From positions 4,608,001-4,672,000 of the forward strand of contig OZ240245.1 of assembly GCA_965198175.1 (NCBI GenBank): a stretch of DNA of 64,000 nucleotides, written 5' to 3'. This stretch comes from Candidatus Poribacteria bacterium. GTDB lineage: Bacteria; Poribacteria; WGA-4E; PCPOR2b. Under the pieces are notes generated by a model. That model was given only the letters and a program-made list of their open reading frames with translations, ran no database searches and was not told the origin of the DNA. This document shows, piece after piece, positions 1-10,453 of this stretch. Every line of letters begins with the position of its first letter. The stretch's first letter is position 1. The translations under genes were made by a program, and so were the position numbers.

Positions 1-254
1 ACGGATCTCGCAACGGAAGGCAAAGCCCCATGATGCAGAATATAATCGACTCCGGCAACAGCCCCTTGCACCGCCTCAAGATCCCGCAAATCCCCTTTGA
101 TAAACTCAATCCGATCCTTCACCGTCGCTATGTTATCGGTTGTGCCTGTCGCACAGTTATCGAATACACGAACCTGTTCATTGCATTTTACCAATGCCTC
201 AACCAGATGGGACGCGATGAATCCACAGCCGCCCGTGACTAAGTAACGCGCCAT
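1..254 (-). CDS. NAD-dependent epimerase/dehydratase (extended SDR), N-terminal part; runs off window
   Basis: Manual translation from ATG at 254: MARYLVTGGCGFIASHLVEAL...KGDLRD...DYILHHGALPSVARSV (Rossmann TGGxGFI); RBS AAGGGGA. Confidence 0.9.
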   Translation of the reverse strand, partial: MARYLVTGGCGFIASHLVEALVKCNEQVRVFDNCATGTTDNIATVKDRIEFIKGDLRDLEAVQGAVAGVDYILHHGALPSVARS

Positions 255-292
255 AAACTTCCCCTTAACACAGGAACATGGTCTCCTTTCAT

Positions 293-601
293 CTACGTTT
301 CTGAAACATGTACCCGCTCAATCTCATTTGATACGAGCCACGCCAAAAAATCCTCTTGCTCCGATGTGATTTCAATCTCTGCCTGATTTCGATCGTCGAG
401 TGGTGAGATGAGATAGAACACTCCCGCATCGAGCAACTCAGAGGTAAGTTCGAGGGGGAAAGAATAGTCGTTGGGTTCTTTGTTATCTCGAATTTTACCG
501 TCAGTAAAGTAGTGCAGTTGCCCGCGTAATGTTCGAGAAATTTCGTAAGGTTCGAGATTTGGTTTGTCTGCCGCGACAGCGAGATACTTTGCCATCCCCA
601 T
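293..601 (-). CDS. Hypothetical protein
   Basis: 102-aa ORF with protein-like composition, co-oriented with epimerase. Confidence 0.7.
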   Translation of the reverse strand: MGMAKYLAVAADKPNLEPYEISRTLRGQLHYFTDGKIRDNKEPNDYSFPLELTSELLDAGVFYLISPLDDRNQAEIEITSEQEDFLAWLVSNEIERVHVSET

Positions 602-769
602 TTTAACCTGAGTGAGTTAGGAGTAAGAAATGAAGTTCAAGACATTCTTGCTTGAAATATCCTGATGCGCAAGGGTAGCTAGACGGACTTTCTCCGTATG
701 ATCTCATATTATACTGTTTCCAAGAGTGGAATTCAACGTGTTTCTATGGCTAAGTCAGTAAAGTTTTAC

Positions 770-799
770 TTGCGTACGATCTTGAATCTTTGCTATAAT
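770..799 (+). promoter_or_regulatory. Sigma70-type promoter (TTGCGT-N18-TATAAT); a second similar one at ~924-952
   Basis: Two TATAAT boxes with TTGCG(T/A) -35 elements upstream of 1076 ORF and hslVU. Confidence 0.5.
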
Positions 800-1075
800 C
801 AATATAATTGCTGAACGGATACCGTCCGGACAAATCTCAGGAGACTTTGAACCACGTCATTCGATATGTGTTATCGCTAGGAACGAAGCGGCTAATGGCG
901 AATCCAACCTGATGATTTTGGACTTGCGACAACGAAGGCTATACAGTATAATGTAGCAATCTTCAGAGGCTTTCAAATGCGATACTTTAATCTTAAGTGA
1001 TGTTCACGCTAATCTCAGTCTAATAAACGCCTTCACCCATCGTTGCAATCTGCATAAAATCGCGTTTCAGCCACA

Positions 1076-1738
1076 ATGGCAATTACCCAAACAGACAAGG
1101 CTGTCATTTTTGCGTGTGCTACGACTTTTCTCACGTTCCTGATTAACGCCAAACGTGGGTCCATCTGGCTGCTCTATCTGAACGTGTTAATAATAACCGG
1201 TGTATTTGGTTTTACGCTCCGGAGGTGGGATGAATTTTCACATTTGTCACGTAGTGTGATTACTAGCGCGATTGCATTGATCGTTTATCTGCCGCTAGAT
1301 TGGTATATCTCACAGAAAGTTCATCTTATTTTCTACCTGAGCCTGAACGATGTTCGGGTGCCCGCTGTTCCCTTGAGCTTGCTATTGACTTGGGTGGTTG
1401 CTTTAACCGTAACTATCTATTCTTATCAACGTCTCAGTTCAATTTGGAAGTACCCTTACATCTCGGCGGTGATTACTGGCGCTGCTGTTTTTATCAGCAG
1501 CGTTGTTTTGGATCGACTAGGGTCAGCACGATTGTGGAACTGGAACGCGAGTTACCTTGAGAATTTTCCTTATATCGGAACCATCCCAGCCTTTGTCCCG
1601 ATAGCCCTTTCGTTGACCATTTTGCTTTCCCCATATTACTTCCGTGGACAAAACCTGATTGTGGCTGGGCTCCGATGCGGCATTTGTATGGGTGCCATGC
1701 AATTTTTCGGCTTTTTACTGTTTTTTTATTATCTCTAG
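1076..1738 (+). CDS. Integral membrane protein, unknown function
   Basis: 220 aa, multiple hydrophobic segments. Confidence 0.8.
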   Translation: MAITQTDKAVIFACATTFLTFLINAKRGSIWLLYLNVLIITGVFGFTLRRWDEFSHLSRSVITSAIALIVYLPLDWYISQKVHLIFYLSLNDVRVPAVPLSLLLTWVVALTVTIYSYQRLSSIWKYPYISAVITGAAVFISSVVLDRLGSARLWNWNASYLENFPYIGTIPAFVPIALSLTILLSPYYFRGQNLIVAGLRCGICMGAMQFFGFLLFFYYL

Positions 1739-1749
1739 GACTTCCGCAA

Positions 1750-2283
1750 ATGATTAAATCAACAACCATTCTGAGTGTACGTCGTGGTAAACAGGTGGCA
1801 ATTGGCGGCGATGGGCAGGTCACTTTAGGGGATATTGCAATTAAACATGGTGCCAAAAAAATTCGTAAAGTCTATAACGATTGCGTCCTTTTGGGATTTG
1901 CAGGATCGGCTTCTGATGCGCTTGCGCTGTATGAGAAGTTAGAGAATAAGTTGGAACAGTATCGCGGTAATCTTCGGAGAGCGGCTGTCGAGCTTGCAAG
2001 GGATTGGCGAAGCGATCGCATTCTCAGGCGCATAGACGCTTTGATGATTGCCGTCGATGCCGAGGGGGCGTATCTACTTTCGGGAGGTGGAGACGTTATC
2101 TCGCCCGACGATGGAACATTAGCCATTGGATCCGGCGGTTCAATCGCAATGGCAGCCGCTAAAGCCTTATTGAATCACTCTGCTTTTACTGCTGCAGAAA
2201 TCGTCGAGGAAGCTTTGAAGATTACAAGCGGTATCTGCATTTATACGAATAGCCAGATCGATATTGAGTCAATTGAAATCTAG
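1750..2283 (+). CDS. hslV: ATP-dependent protease subunit HslV
   Basis: TTILSVRR..GGDGQVTLG, ELARDWRSDRILRR, AIGSGG, ICIYTN; start moved to ATG 1750. Confidence 0.97.
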   Translation: MIKSTTILSVRRGKQVAIGGDGQVTLGDIAIKHGAKKIRKVYNDCVLLGFAGSASDALALYEKLENKLEQYRGNLRRAAVELARDWRSDRILRRIDALMIAVDAEGAYLLSGGGDVISPDDGTLAIGSGGSIAMAAAKALLNHSAFTAAEIVEEALKITSGICIYTNSQIDIESIEI

Positions 2284-2392
2284 CGGTTCTTCACTTGGGT
2301 TAGCCCAGGCCCTAATTTAATTTTCGCTAGACAACCCGCGAATTCACTCACGCTGGCATCTTGAAACTGACGAAGAAATTGGAGGTTTACTT

Positions 2393-3880
2393 TTGGAGAC
2401 ACTGTCGCTTTCACCCAAGAAAACACTAGCAGATGCACTCACGCCAAGACAGATTGTTGAAGCGCTTGATAAATATATTATCGGACAGTCCGAAGCGAAA
2501 CGCGCAGTAGCAATTGCTCTCCGTAACCGCGCCCGACGGCAGATGCTTGAAGAGGATATGCGGGATGAAGTTGCACCGAAAAACATCATCATGATTGGTT
2601 CAACCGGAATTGGGAAAACTGAAATCGCTCGTCGTTTAGCGCGTTTGGTTGATGCCCCCTTTATTAAGGTCGAAGCTTCAAAATACACAGAAGTCGGCTA
2701 CGTCGGTCGCGATGTCGAGTCTATGATTCGGGACTTAACGGATTTGGCAGTCAACATGGTCAGAGCTGAGCAAACCGAAGCGGTTAAGGAAAAGGCGCTG
2801 GAACAGGTGGAAGATCGACTATTGGATTGTTTGTTGCCACCACCCCGTTCGATAAAGAAGCAGAAGTCCATTGAAGAAGATGATGACGATGAAGAAGCAG
2901 AGACAAACGAAGCGTTGGCGTTCGACTTGGAAATTGAAGATGGCGAAGAGATTGAACCGGATCAAGAAGAGGTTATCAGTGAACAAGAGAAGGCAAGATA
3001 CTTGCGCACGCGAGAAAAATTTCGCAAGATGCTTCGAGACGGCAAACTCGAAGATAAACCTGTTGAAATCAGCGTGAAGAACCAAAGCGTTCCATTTATT
3101 GAAATCTTTTCCCCTGCGGGCATTGAAGAGATGGACATCAACTTGAAGGACATGTTCGGTAGCTTTCTGCCCAAGAAAGTGAAGAAACGCCGTGTCACAG
3201 TCGAAGAAGCACGTCATATTCTTATGCAAGAGGAGGCAGAAAAGCTGATTGATATGGATAAGGTTGTCGGCGAAGCTATCGCGCGAGTCGAAAATTCAGG
3301 GATTGTTTTTCTGGATGAGATTGATAAAATTGCTGGACGAGAATCGAAATCGGGACCAGATGTTTCACGAGAAGGTGTTCAACGGGATATCTTACCGATT
3401 ATCGAAGGATGTACGGTAGCGACAAAGTACGGCATGGTGCGTACCGATCACGTCCTATTCATCGCCGCGGGCGCCTTCCACGCCTCCAAGCCGTCGGACC
3501 TTATTCCAGAGTTGCAAGGACGTTTCCCAATTCGGGTTGAACTCAAGAATTTGGATCAGCACGACTTTAAACGAATTCTCACGGAGCCGAAAAACGCTTT
3601 AGAGAAGCAATACATCGCAATGTTGAGAACGGAGGATGTTGAGGTATGTATCACTGAGGATGCGATTGACGAAATCGCCGCTTTAGCGTTTCAGGTCAAC
3701 GAGTCGGTGGAAGATATCGGTGCTCGCCGTTTACATACTATTATGGAAAGGCTCTTTGATGACCTCTCTTTCAACGCCCCAGGCATGGAGGAGCGAGAAA
3801 TTACAATTGATGCGAATTATGTCAGCAAGCAGCTAGCGGAAGTTGTGAAGGATCAAGATCTCAGCAAATACATTCTCTGA
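2393..3880 (+). CDS. hslU: ATP-dependent protease ATPase subunit HslU
   Basis: [49 protein letters not shown]-terminus. Confidence 0.98.
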   Translation: METLSLSPKKTLADALTPRQIVEALDKYIIGQSEAKRAVAIALRNRARRQMLEEDMRDEVAPKNIIMIGSTGIGKTEIARRLARLVDAPFIKVEASKYTEVGYVGRDVESMIRDLTDLAVNMVRAEQTEAVKEKALEQVEDRLLDCLLPPPRSIKKQKSIEEDDDDEEAETNEALAFDLEIEDGEEIEPDQEEVISEQEKARYLRTREKFRKMLRDGKLEDKPVEISVKNQSVPFIEIFSPAGIEEMDINLKDMFGSFLPKKVKKRRVTVEEARHILMQEEAEKLIDMDKVVGEAIARVENSGIVFLDEIDKIAGRESKSGPDVSREGVQRDILPIIEGCTVATKYGMVRTDHVLFIAAGAFHASKPSDLIPELQGRFPIRVELKNLDQHDFKRILTEPKNALEKQYIAMLRTEDVEVCITEDAIDEIAALAFQVNESVEDIGARRLHTIMERLFDDLSFNAPGMEEREITIDANYVSKQLAEVVKDQDLSKYIL

Positions 3881-4103
3881 AGTTGACGCGGTTGTCGACA
3901 GGCTTTAATTGGCTCTGCGGCGAGATTTTAAGGCGCTAGGAAGCAAAAAAGAACTCAATGAGCATTGGCATCACTATTGTCCTGGATTCAATCAATCTTG
4001 ATCGAGGCTTACTGCTAATCCGTGGTGTTTCAAAATTAACAACAACGAATCGTCCAGAAACTCCTTATTTTCTTGCGGTCTACTACCATCCTTTTTAATT
4101 CCC

Positions 4104-4402
4104 GTTGAGACCAACCCTTTGGAGCGCAATCACCGAAGAAGCACTTCACTTTCATTTTGATGAGGCGACATCGGTAGAATGCTCCTTAATAAGGTTAGAA
4201 TTTCCCAAGAATATGGGAATTCCTTAGAGAAAACTCCGCATCTAGAGAATACAGTCAGTGTAAGGATGGAAGCATATTACAGAAGGACATCTATCCTCTT
4301 GAAAATATGGGAACTCATAACCAGAGGTCCCCGCACATAGACACTACCACTAGGGGCAAGATGGAGACACACTTGAAGATAGTCATCCATCCTTTCTCAT
4401 GC
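4104..4402 (+). repeat. Structured non-coding repeat element, copy A (three ~94-nt units)
   Basis: Aligns almost without gaps to 10601-10882 and 13793-14020; no conserved open frame; hairpins with G-U pairs on + strand. Confidence 0.8.
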
Positions 4403-4440
4403 TTTTTCTATACCTGTTGATAACAAGCTAGATAAATCAG

Positions 4441-4527
4441 CGTTTTGTTTATAATTGTGGCGGTATCCAGAGTCCTGTATTTGCCGGTTGGAATTGTTGA
4501 TTCGTTCAAGGAAATTTAGAAGCGTGT
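4441..4527. repeat. REPIN-internal sequence, near-duplicate of 14335-14420
   Basis: gttttgtttataattgtgg...agagtcctg..tttgccggttgg.attgttgattcgttcaagg present at both sites; second copy abuts a REP. Confidence 0.75.
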
Positions 4528-4583
4528 CATTAGTTAGGGTTAGCCCAACGGCAGAAAATCACAATCGGGTAGTTGTTCGGGAT

Positions 4584-5276
4584 TCATTGGATTCTGTTTG
4601 TTACATCGCCATACCTGTCCCGTGTAACCACAGTGCCTTTACCGTCCCAGTTCGTGCCGATATACACCACTCCGGTGTCTTCGAGGAGCCATTCACCAAG
4701 CACACTGTCTCCGAGAACCACCTTCACGTTATCTTCCCCATCCAAAACCCTTATATCGGTACATTCAATAAAACCAGATCTACCTCCTCCGACTCTGCCG
4801 CCTACGCGTACAACCCCACCTCCTGTGCCTTCATGGATGCCGATAAATGTCGTTCCGTTGTCTAAGAAGGTCGCAGAATGTTCATCGTAAGCATAGCCGC
4901 TGAGAGCCACCTTCGCGAAACCCATTGTATCGGCGACCCTTATCGTGTTACATTCAATTGTGCCGCCCCTTTTGAAAGGATAAGCATTAGAGTAGTTGGC
5001 ACTGACGCTCACAATCCCGCCAAATCGGTCGGCACCAATAAATACCGCTTCGTTGTCTTTGTTGTTGTAGCGCCCAAACTCATCGCCACTGATAAGCACC
5101 TTCACGTTACCTTCCTCATCAACTACCCTTAACGTGGTGCACTCAATCTCCCCGAACCTATCTCTTTGCGCGGTGACTGGGGACGCCAACATCCCCATAA
5201 TCGTGCAAAGAGACCCGAACAGACAACCGAACCCCGCATAAGCCAACTTGACCTTCCAGTTCTGAAACGTAAACAT
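4584..5276 (-). CDS. Exported beta-rich protein, 'QRDxFGEIECT' family paralog 1
   Basis: N-terminal hydrophobic segment then AQRDRFGEIECTTLRVVDEEG; internal repeats IECxxIRV; RBS GAAGGGAG before ATG 5276. Confidence 0.8.
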   Translation of the reverse strand: MFTFQNWKVKLAYAGFGCLFGSLCTIMGMLASPVTAQRDRFGEIECTTLRVVDEEGNVKVLISGDEFGRYNNKDNEAVFIGADRFGGIVSVSANYSNAYPFKRGGTIECNTIRVADTMGFAKVALSGYAYDEHSATFLDNGTTFIGIHEGTGGGVVRVGGRVGGGRSGFIECTDIRVLDGEDNVKVVLGDSVLGEWLLEDTGVVYIGTNWDGKGTVVTRDRYGDVTNRIQ

Positions 5277-5387
5277 TGTATTTCTCCCTTCGTGTATGAA
5301 AGTGAATCTGGAGCACCATTGTGATTTGTGCATCCGTTATTGTGGATCACCGTGATCATCCACTGTCTTTTTCAAAGCACGGAGAAT

Positions 5388-6578
5388 CTAGAATTGCTGT
5401 CGCCATCGCTCTAACATTTCGCACGCCTTTGATTCCCACGCGCCGGGTAGAACATTAAAGCCCCAAAGAAGCTGACTTAGTGAATTAACAATGACATTGT
5501 TAGCCTTTTCGGATTCCATTAGTTCACGAGCACAACATTTAATAGAAGCCGAAATCTCGGAGTCTAGAGTCTGTCGGGTTTGAATTCGATCATAATGGGG
5601 TTCGTCACCAAACATAAGTTTTTCGCCACCTACGTCTCGCAATTTTGATGTAATCTCAACATCACCTAAATACTGGCATCTCTGGTAAAAATTTTTCGCC
5701 ACTTCAATCAGTTTGAAATGATTCTCAAGGAGTTCACGAAACTCAAGATACTCATTCTGTTTGTCATCTTTGGGCCTGTGGCCAGCTTTAAAAGGACTTT
5801 TATGTAGCTTTTCTCTCATATAAATGATGCCGTGTTCATTTATTTCCTGATACAGTGGCGAGGCCACGAAACAGACGCCACCGATAACTTGTCTTGTGCC
5901 AAAGTCGGGTGCAGCATCATTAAATGGGATAAACTGTCGTGCTCGCACATACTCGTAAATATCCAAAGGTGAGATTAACGGGCGATAGGGAAATACAGGA
6001 CGTGCAATTAGGGTAAGGTTCGGAACTGACTGGATAGTTAAACTCCAATAATCGGCTACCCGATCGTCAACCCGATTTATAATTCGGTCACTGAGTTCCT
6101 GCGGTTTCTCTCTCCGTTTCAGCATATATTCAATTCTGTCAATGTCAGCCAGTTGTGTGGTACTACCGACGCGGATATATACTTTAGTGGAATTTTGAAT
6201 TGCGTGCGGGGCTTCCGCGCTTTCATTGACGCGAACAAGTACAACCACGTTGCCGGTTTTGCCTGGAACATCGCACACTTTCACTTCGGGAATAACAGGA
6301 GGGTAAATCCCAGTGTACGCACTTTCTACAATCTGTTCTTCGATTCCAGGTTTGTTTGGTATACCTTCAATGGGCAATTTAGCCCTATTGTTTTCATCTG
6401 TCACAACGCCGATTATCAAGAACCCACCAAACATATTTGCAAAAGACGATATACTTTTACGTCTGTTTTCGCCACCAGGAAGCTCTTGTTTGTATTCAAC
6501 TCGATCCCCTTCAGACCATGTTTTGCAAAACGTCTCAATATCATCAAATTCGATTTCACTAAATGGTTTCGTAAACAT
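5388..6578 (-). CDS. AlbA_2 (Schlafen-like) putative nucleic-acid-binding domain protein
   Basis: EGDRVEYKQEL..ISSFANMFGGFLIIGV..APH..KVYIRVGSTT motifs. Confidence 0.85.
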   Translation of the reverse strand: MFTKPFSEIEFDDIETFCKTWSEGDRVEYKQELPGGENRRKSISSFANMFGGFLIIGVVTDENNRAKLPIEGIPNKPGIEEQIVESAYTGIYPPVIPEVKVCDVPGKTGNVVVLVRVNESAEAPHAIQNSTKVYIRVGSTTQLADIDRIEYMLKRREKPQELSDRIINRVDDRVADYWSLTIQSVPNLTLIARPVFPYRPLISPLDIYEYVRARQFIPFNDAAPDFGTRQVIGGVCFVASPLYQEINEHGIIYMREKLHKSPFKAGHRPKDDKQNEYLEFRELLENHFKLIEVAKNFYQRCQYLGDVEITSKLRDVGGEKLMFGDEPHYDRIQTRQTLDSEISASIKCCARELMESEKANNVIVNSLSQLLWGFNVLPGAWESKACEMLERWRQQF

Positions 6579-6614
6579 AGGAATTATCCTAATATGATTA
6601 TTCGATTATTGTGG

Positions 6615-7463
6615 CTACTGTCGATAGCCGTTCTTGTCCCACGTTGTCACAGTGCCTTTGCCATGCTCATCGAAGGCGAGCATCGCCTGCGATGCTCCAT
6701 CTTTCCCAAAGACATCGACACGCCCTCCATATTCGTCCACGCCGAGTGCTGCAAGCGATTGTCCATGTTTACTCATAACAACAAATCGACCGCCATGTTC
6801 AGTAATAACAAGCCCCGATACCGATTCAAGCAGACGTTCTTGGTATCTCTCCTTACCCGACTTTTCCTCGTCTATGTACGAAACAGGATACCTGTGTATT
6901 ACCCTAATCCCGCCGTGATTAGTCTTCTCGTCGAAATCAATTTCCACTACATCCTGTGTTTTTCCTCCACTCCCAAAAGGCCTCCCCTGATGAAAACTCA
7001 TCCCAGCACCTTTGCCGTAGACAGAGAATGTCCCGCCATGTTCGTTGCAACTAAGACGCACTGCTTCTTCTGTCAGATCGCTGGGCGCCGGCGCCAGTGC
7101 TTTATCACCACGAATCTGCGCCTCTTGCGATTTTCGGACATATTCCAGTGGGTCATAATACGGTACCGTCTTATCAACACCAACCTCTCCTGGACCAAGA
7201 TATGCCCGCCCAAATGTCCCCGAAGCAGTGAAACTGTGTGCGGAGACTGACCCGCCATCGATATGGACGAATACACTATCGTCCCATATACTCACCTTCG
7301 CCGCAGTGCTACCATCTTTGCGTAAAACCTGCACAACGTCCTGCGGGGCAGTCCTATGACTAGTGTCCGCACGACCGCCGTTGAGAACTAACCGCACGTT
7401 TCCGTCCGAATCAACAACCTCTAATCTTGAACACTGTATTGTTTCAAATTTATCTTTTTGCAT
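6615..7463 (-). CDS. Beta-rich protein, 'QRDxFGEIECT' family paralog 2 (no signal segment)
   Basis: MQKDKFETIQCSRLEVVDSDGNV; C-terminal GKGTVTTWDKNG matches paralog 1 GKGTVVTRDRYG; RBS GGAGGG. Confidence 0.8.
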   Translation of the reverse strand: MQKDKFETIQCSRLEVVDSDGNVRLVLNGGRADTSHRTAPQDVVQVLRKDGSTAAKVSIWDDSVFVHIDGGSVSAHSFTASGTFGRAYLGPGEVGVDKTVPYYDPLEYVRKSQEAQIRGDKALAPAPSDLTEEAVRLSCNEHGGTFSVYGKGAGMSFHQGRPFGSGGKTQDVVEIDFDEKTNHGGIRVIHRYPVSYIDEEKSGKERYQERLLESVSGLVITEHGGRFVVMSKHGQSLAALGVDEYGGRVDVFGKDGASQAMLAFDEHGKGTVTTWDKNGYRQ

Positions 7464-7500
7464 CGTGATTCCCTCCTTTTGAGTTTGAGTATTCACTTGC

Positions 7501-7701
7501 TCATTTACCATACTTGAACCGGGCAATTGCGTCGCGTTCTGCTAGCCCTCCCCACGCATAATGCCCCGGCATCTTCGAATTGCGCCATCGCCGGCAGTTT
7601 GCATATTCACCAGCGACGTCCTAGCTTGCGCTAGGGAGACCGCAGAGCCGACTCGAAGCGGGTGTCCGAAGATGAATTCCCCAACACTCCCTTCGGCCGC
7701 C
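7501..7701 (-). pseudogene. Cre-like tyrosine recombinase C-terminal fragment with a frameshift
   Basis: Manual translation: FIFGHPLRVGSAVSLAQARTSLVNMQTAG / (1-nt shift near 7590) RWRNSKMPGHYAWGGLAERDAIARFKYGK*; HxxR, W and Y catalytic positions. Confidence 0.85.
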
Positions 7702-8301
7702 CTTAACCGCATTTTGGAACGATACTAATTGCCTTTGGCCCCTCATGTCCATCTCCCTCTAGATAGAATTGTCGTTGTTGATTTTTGTCAAACACTCCCT
7801 TATTCTGAAGCTGAAAAGACTTCGCCGGTTGCCACCCGAGCTCTCCGCTAAAATTACTCCAGGTTGTCGCATGAATCGCCATGATTGGATATTCTCTATA
7901 GGCAAATTCACCGGAGCGCACTTTTAATGCATGAATTAGCGCGCGGCGATTTCCATCCGTGACGTAGAATGAACCCTCTAGGTTTTCTTTTCCGTCATTT
8001 AACCCGCCGGAGCGTGTGCTATCGGGATTTGAAAGATTGCGAATCCATAATTTACCCATGCGACCATAATCAAACGACTTACTCAACGACAGAATTCGTG
8101 CAAACCACTCATCACAGCTATCACTTGTATCCTTGAGCGCCATACCGAGTTTGTCCCAAACTGATCCGCCGTGTCCAGGAAAGGCCAATATCTTTTTCAA
8201 AACTTTTTCAACCGCCTCACACAGACGAACCGAACATGACGACTTTAGAAAAAATTTGCCGTCTTCCTCAAACCGAGGAGGTGCATTAAATAAAACTAAG
8301 T

Positions 8302-9392
8302 TAGGACTTACGCGGAGCAGATAGACACGGGGAGTAAAAAGCAGTAAAATAACGAACGAGGAGGTAAGTATGGTGAAACCAACCCGGCTTGATTACTGTC
8401 AGTATCTGCTGAGCAGTCCAATTAACTATACCTTAACGCACTTCGCCGACCACAGCGAAGATTTCAGTCATGATATGATAAACCGTTATCTGGCGGGAGA
8501 TTGTATTCCTCCTCGCTTGGTGTGGGAAAACGTTAAACCTCATCTGGTTCAAGTTGAAGAAGGATATGTCATCTTTGATGACACGGTTTTAGATAAAAAG
8601 CACGCTAGGCATATTGAGTTAGTACGTCGTCAATACAGTGGCAACGCCCGGGGTGTTATCAACGGCATCGGAGTAGTTACTTGTGTCTATGTGAATCCAC
8701 TGCTAGACCGTTTCTGGGTAATTGACTACCGGATTTACGACCCAGAAGGAGACGGCAAAACGAAGTTAGACCACGTCAGAGACATGTTATCTCTACTGGT
8801 CTACCAGAGACAACTTCTCTTTCAAGCAGTGCTAATGGACAGTTGGTATGCTACCAAAACCGTGATGCTACACATTGAAAACTTGGGAAAAGTCTACTAC
8901 TGCCCACTAAAAACCAATCGGCTGGTTGACGATTCAAACGCCAATAAACCGTACCAACGCATTGACAACTTAGCTTGGACACCGACCGAACTTCATGAAG
9001 GCAAACGTATCAAAATCAAAGGGTTTCCCAGAGACCACAAGGTGAAATTATTTCGGGTGGCGTCTGATACCGGACGCACGGATTATGTCGTCACTAACGA
9101 CTTAGCACAAAACGACACTTCAGTGACACAACAGGCGTGTAACTGCCGGTGGAAGATTGAGCAATTTCACCGTGAAGCCAAACAACTCACCGGTCTCGAA
9201 AAATGTCAATGTCGATTGGCACGGATTGTTCGCAACCATATCGGTTGTGCATTGTTAGTTTGGATTCGACTTGCAACTATGGCGTACCAGACTGGACGAA
9301 CCATTTATCAGGTTAAACACGGGATGCTGCAAGCGTATTTACGACAACAGTTAAAATCTCCGGCTATTAACATGGTGCTTGCGTAAGTCCTA
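8302..9392 (+). mobile_element. IS701-family insertion sequence
   Basis: Terminal IRs TAGGACTTACGC (8302-8313) / GCGTAAGTCCTA (9381-9392); 5-bp target duplication TAAGT (8297-8301, 9393-9397). Confidence 0.92.
8370..9386 (+). CDS. IS701-family DDE transposase
   Basis: FDDTVLDK, MDSWYA, RWKIEQFHREAKQLTG; intact 338 aa. Confidence 0.92.
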   Translation: MVKPTRLDYCQYLLSSPINYTLTHFADHSEDFSHDMINRYLAGDCIPPRLVWENVKPHLVQVEEGYVIFDDTVLDKKHARHIELVRRQYSGNARGVINGIGVVTCVYVNPLLDRFWVIDYRIYDPEGDGKTKLDHVRDMLSLLVYQRQLLFQAVLMDSWYATKTVMLHIENLGKVYYCPLKTNRLVDDSNANKPYQRIDNLAWTPTELHEGKRIKIKGFPRDHKVKLFRVASDTGRTDYVVTNDLAQNDTSVTQQACNCRWKIEQFHREAKQLTGLEKCQCRLARIVRNHIGCALLVWIRLATMAYQTGRTIYQVKHGMLQAYLRQQLKSPAINMVLA

Positions 9393-9524
9393 TAAGTTAT
9401 TAAATCCTTCCTCAGAAAGCGTAATATAGGTATAAACAACGCCTTCTGTCGACCCCTCAAATTCAATCATTTTTTCTTCCCCTACTTTTTGACCGGAGAA
9501 AACTCTGTCCGCTCACCAGCTTTT

Positions 9525-9745
9525 GTAGGTTGGGTAGAGCCGAAGGCGAAACCCAACGTTTCTAAAGCGTTACGAAATCATCGACCGATCCGAACGGCAA
9601 ATACACAATATTAGACACACCACAAAAGCACAGACATGAAAAGCGTTGGGTTTCGCTTCATGGTAACAAGAGTGAAACAAACTCACCTTCCGAACGTCTC
9701 ACTCCCTATGTCGTCTGTTTCTCAACTCCGCTCTACCCAACCTAC
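9525..9745. repeat. GTAG-type REP doublet (REPIN/MITE-like)
   Basis: Terminal inverted GTAGGTTGGGTAGAGC...GCTCTACCCAACCTAC; internal CGAAACCCAACG/CGTTGGGTTTCG. Confidence 0.85.
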
Positions 9746-9763
9746 AAAAACTTAAAACACGAT

Positions 9764-10453
9764 TCATTTGTCTTGTCCATATGCATCGCCACTCGACGTT
9801 AACAGTCGATAATCGTGTCCATCGCGGACTTCAATATTACCAAGACCAGAATGATTTATGTGGACGCTAGGATGGGTTCTCCCTAAGACCTCCCTGTATT
9901 TGCGGTCGACAACTTTGCCGTTGACACTGATTGTCCCTCCGTGAGTTGGTGAGGTAGAAAGACTAACCCCTGTTTCTCCATCTGGATCGGATAAACTCAA
10001 GTCCCCACCGTAAATGCTGGTACTACCGCCTATGCCATTAATCGAAATTGACGGGTGACCAGGCACAGGTGATTGACTACGAATCGACACTTTAATCTCT
10101 GATGTTCTGTCTTCCAATGATTCATCACCCCACAGCTCAATATACGGGCCCGCTCCATTGACACCGAGGCGCACTGCAATGTCCCCGATTTTTTTTGCGA
10201 AGGAAAAGGGGTCGTTTACGTCCCTTTCCAATTTCTCAAAAATCCAGAGAGATCCTCCCCCCCAACCGCCTCTCTCAAGTTTCACCAATTGGATTCCATC
10301 AACATCAACGACCGTCAGCGCGGTACACTCAATCTCTCCGAACTTATCTCGTTGCGCGACAAGGTTCGGCATGAAAATACTGGACGCCATCATGCCAATA
10401 AACATCAATAGACCACCAAGAGCAATGTATCCTAGTTTGTGACTGAAATTCAT
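9764..10453 (-). CDS. Exported beta-rich protein, 'QRDxFGEIECT' family paralog 3
   Basis: KLGYIALGGLLMFIGM..AQRDKFGEIECTALTVVDVDG; RBS AGGAGG. Confidence 0.82.
   Translation of the reverse strand: MNFSHKLGYIALGGLLMFIGMMASSIFMPNLVAQRDKFGEIECTALTVVDVDGIQLVKLERGGWGGGSLWIFEKLERDVNDPFSFAKKIGDIAVRLGVNGAGPYIELWGDESLEDRTSEIKVSIRSQSPVPGHPSISINGIGGSTSIYGGDLSLSDPDGETGVSLSTSPTHGGTISVNGKVVDRKYREVLGRTHPSVHINHSGLGNIEVRDGHDYRLLTSSGDAYGQDK

Larger units (their letters stand above)
7703..9470 (-). pseudogene. Hypothetical gene (DGNRRAL, ParB/Srx-like motif) interrupted by IS701
   Basis: Removing the IS and one TAAGT copy joins MIEFEGSTEGVVYTYITLSEEGFNNL (9470-9393) in frame to VLFNAPPRF...KKILAF (8296-7703). 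Confidence 0.8.

Noticed and set aside
2860..2990. Acidic low-complexity stretch in hslU
   Set aside because: In-frame variation within the HslU I-domain; not a separate repeat element.
6153..7250. 365-aa + strand ORF and other long antisense ORFs (e.g. 19613-20296, 53849-54538)
   Set aside because: Shadow ORFs opposite well-supported genes.
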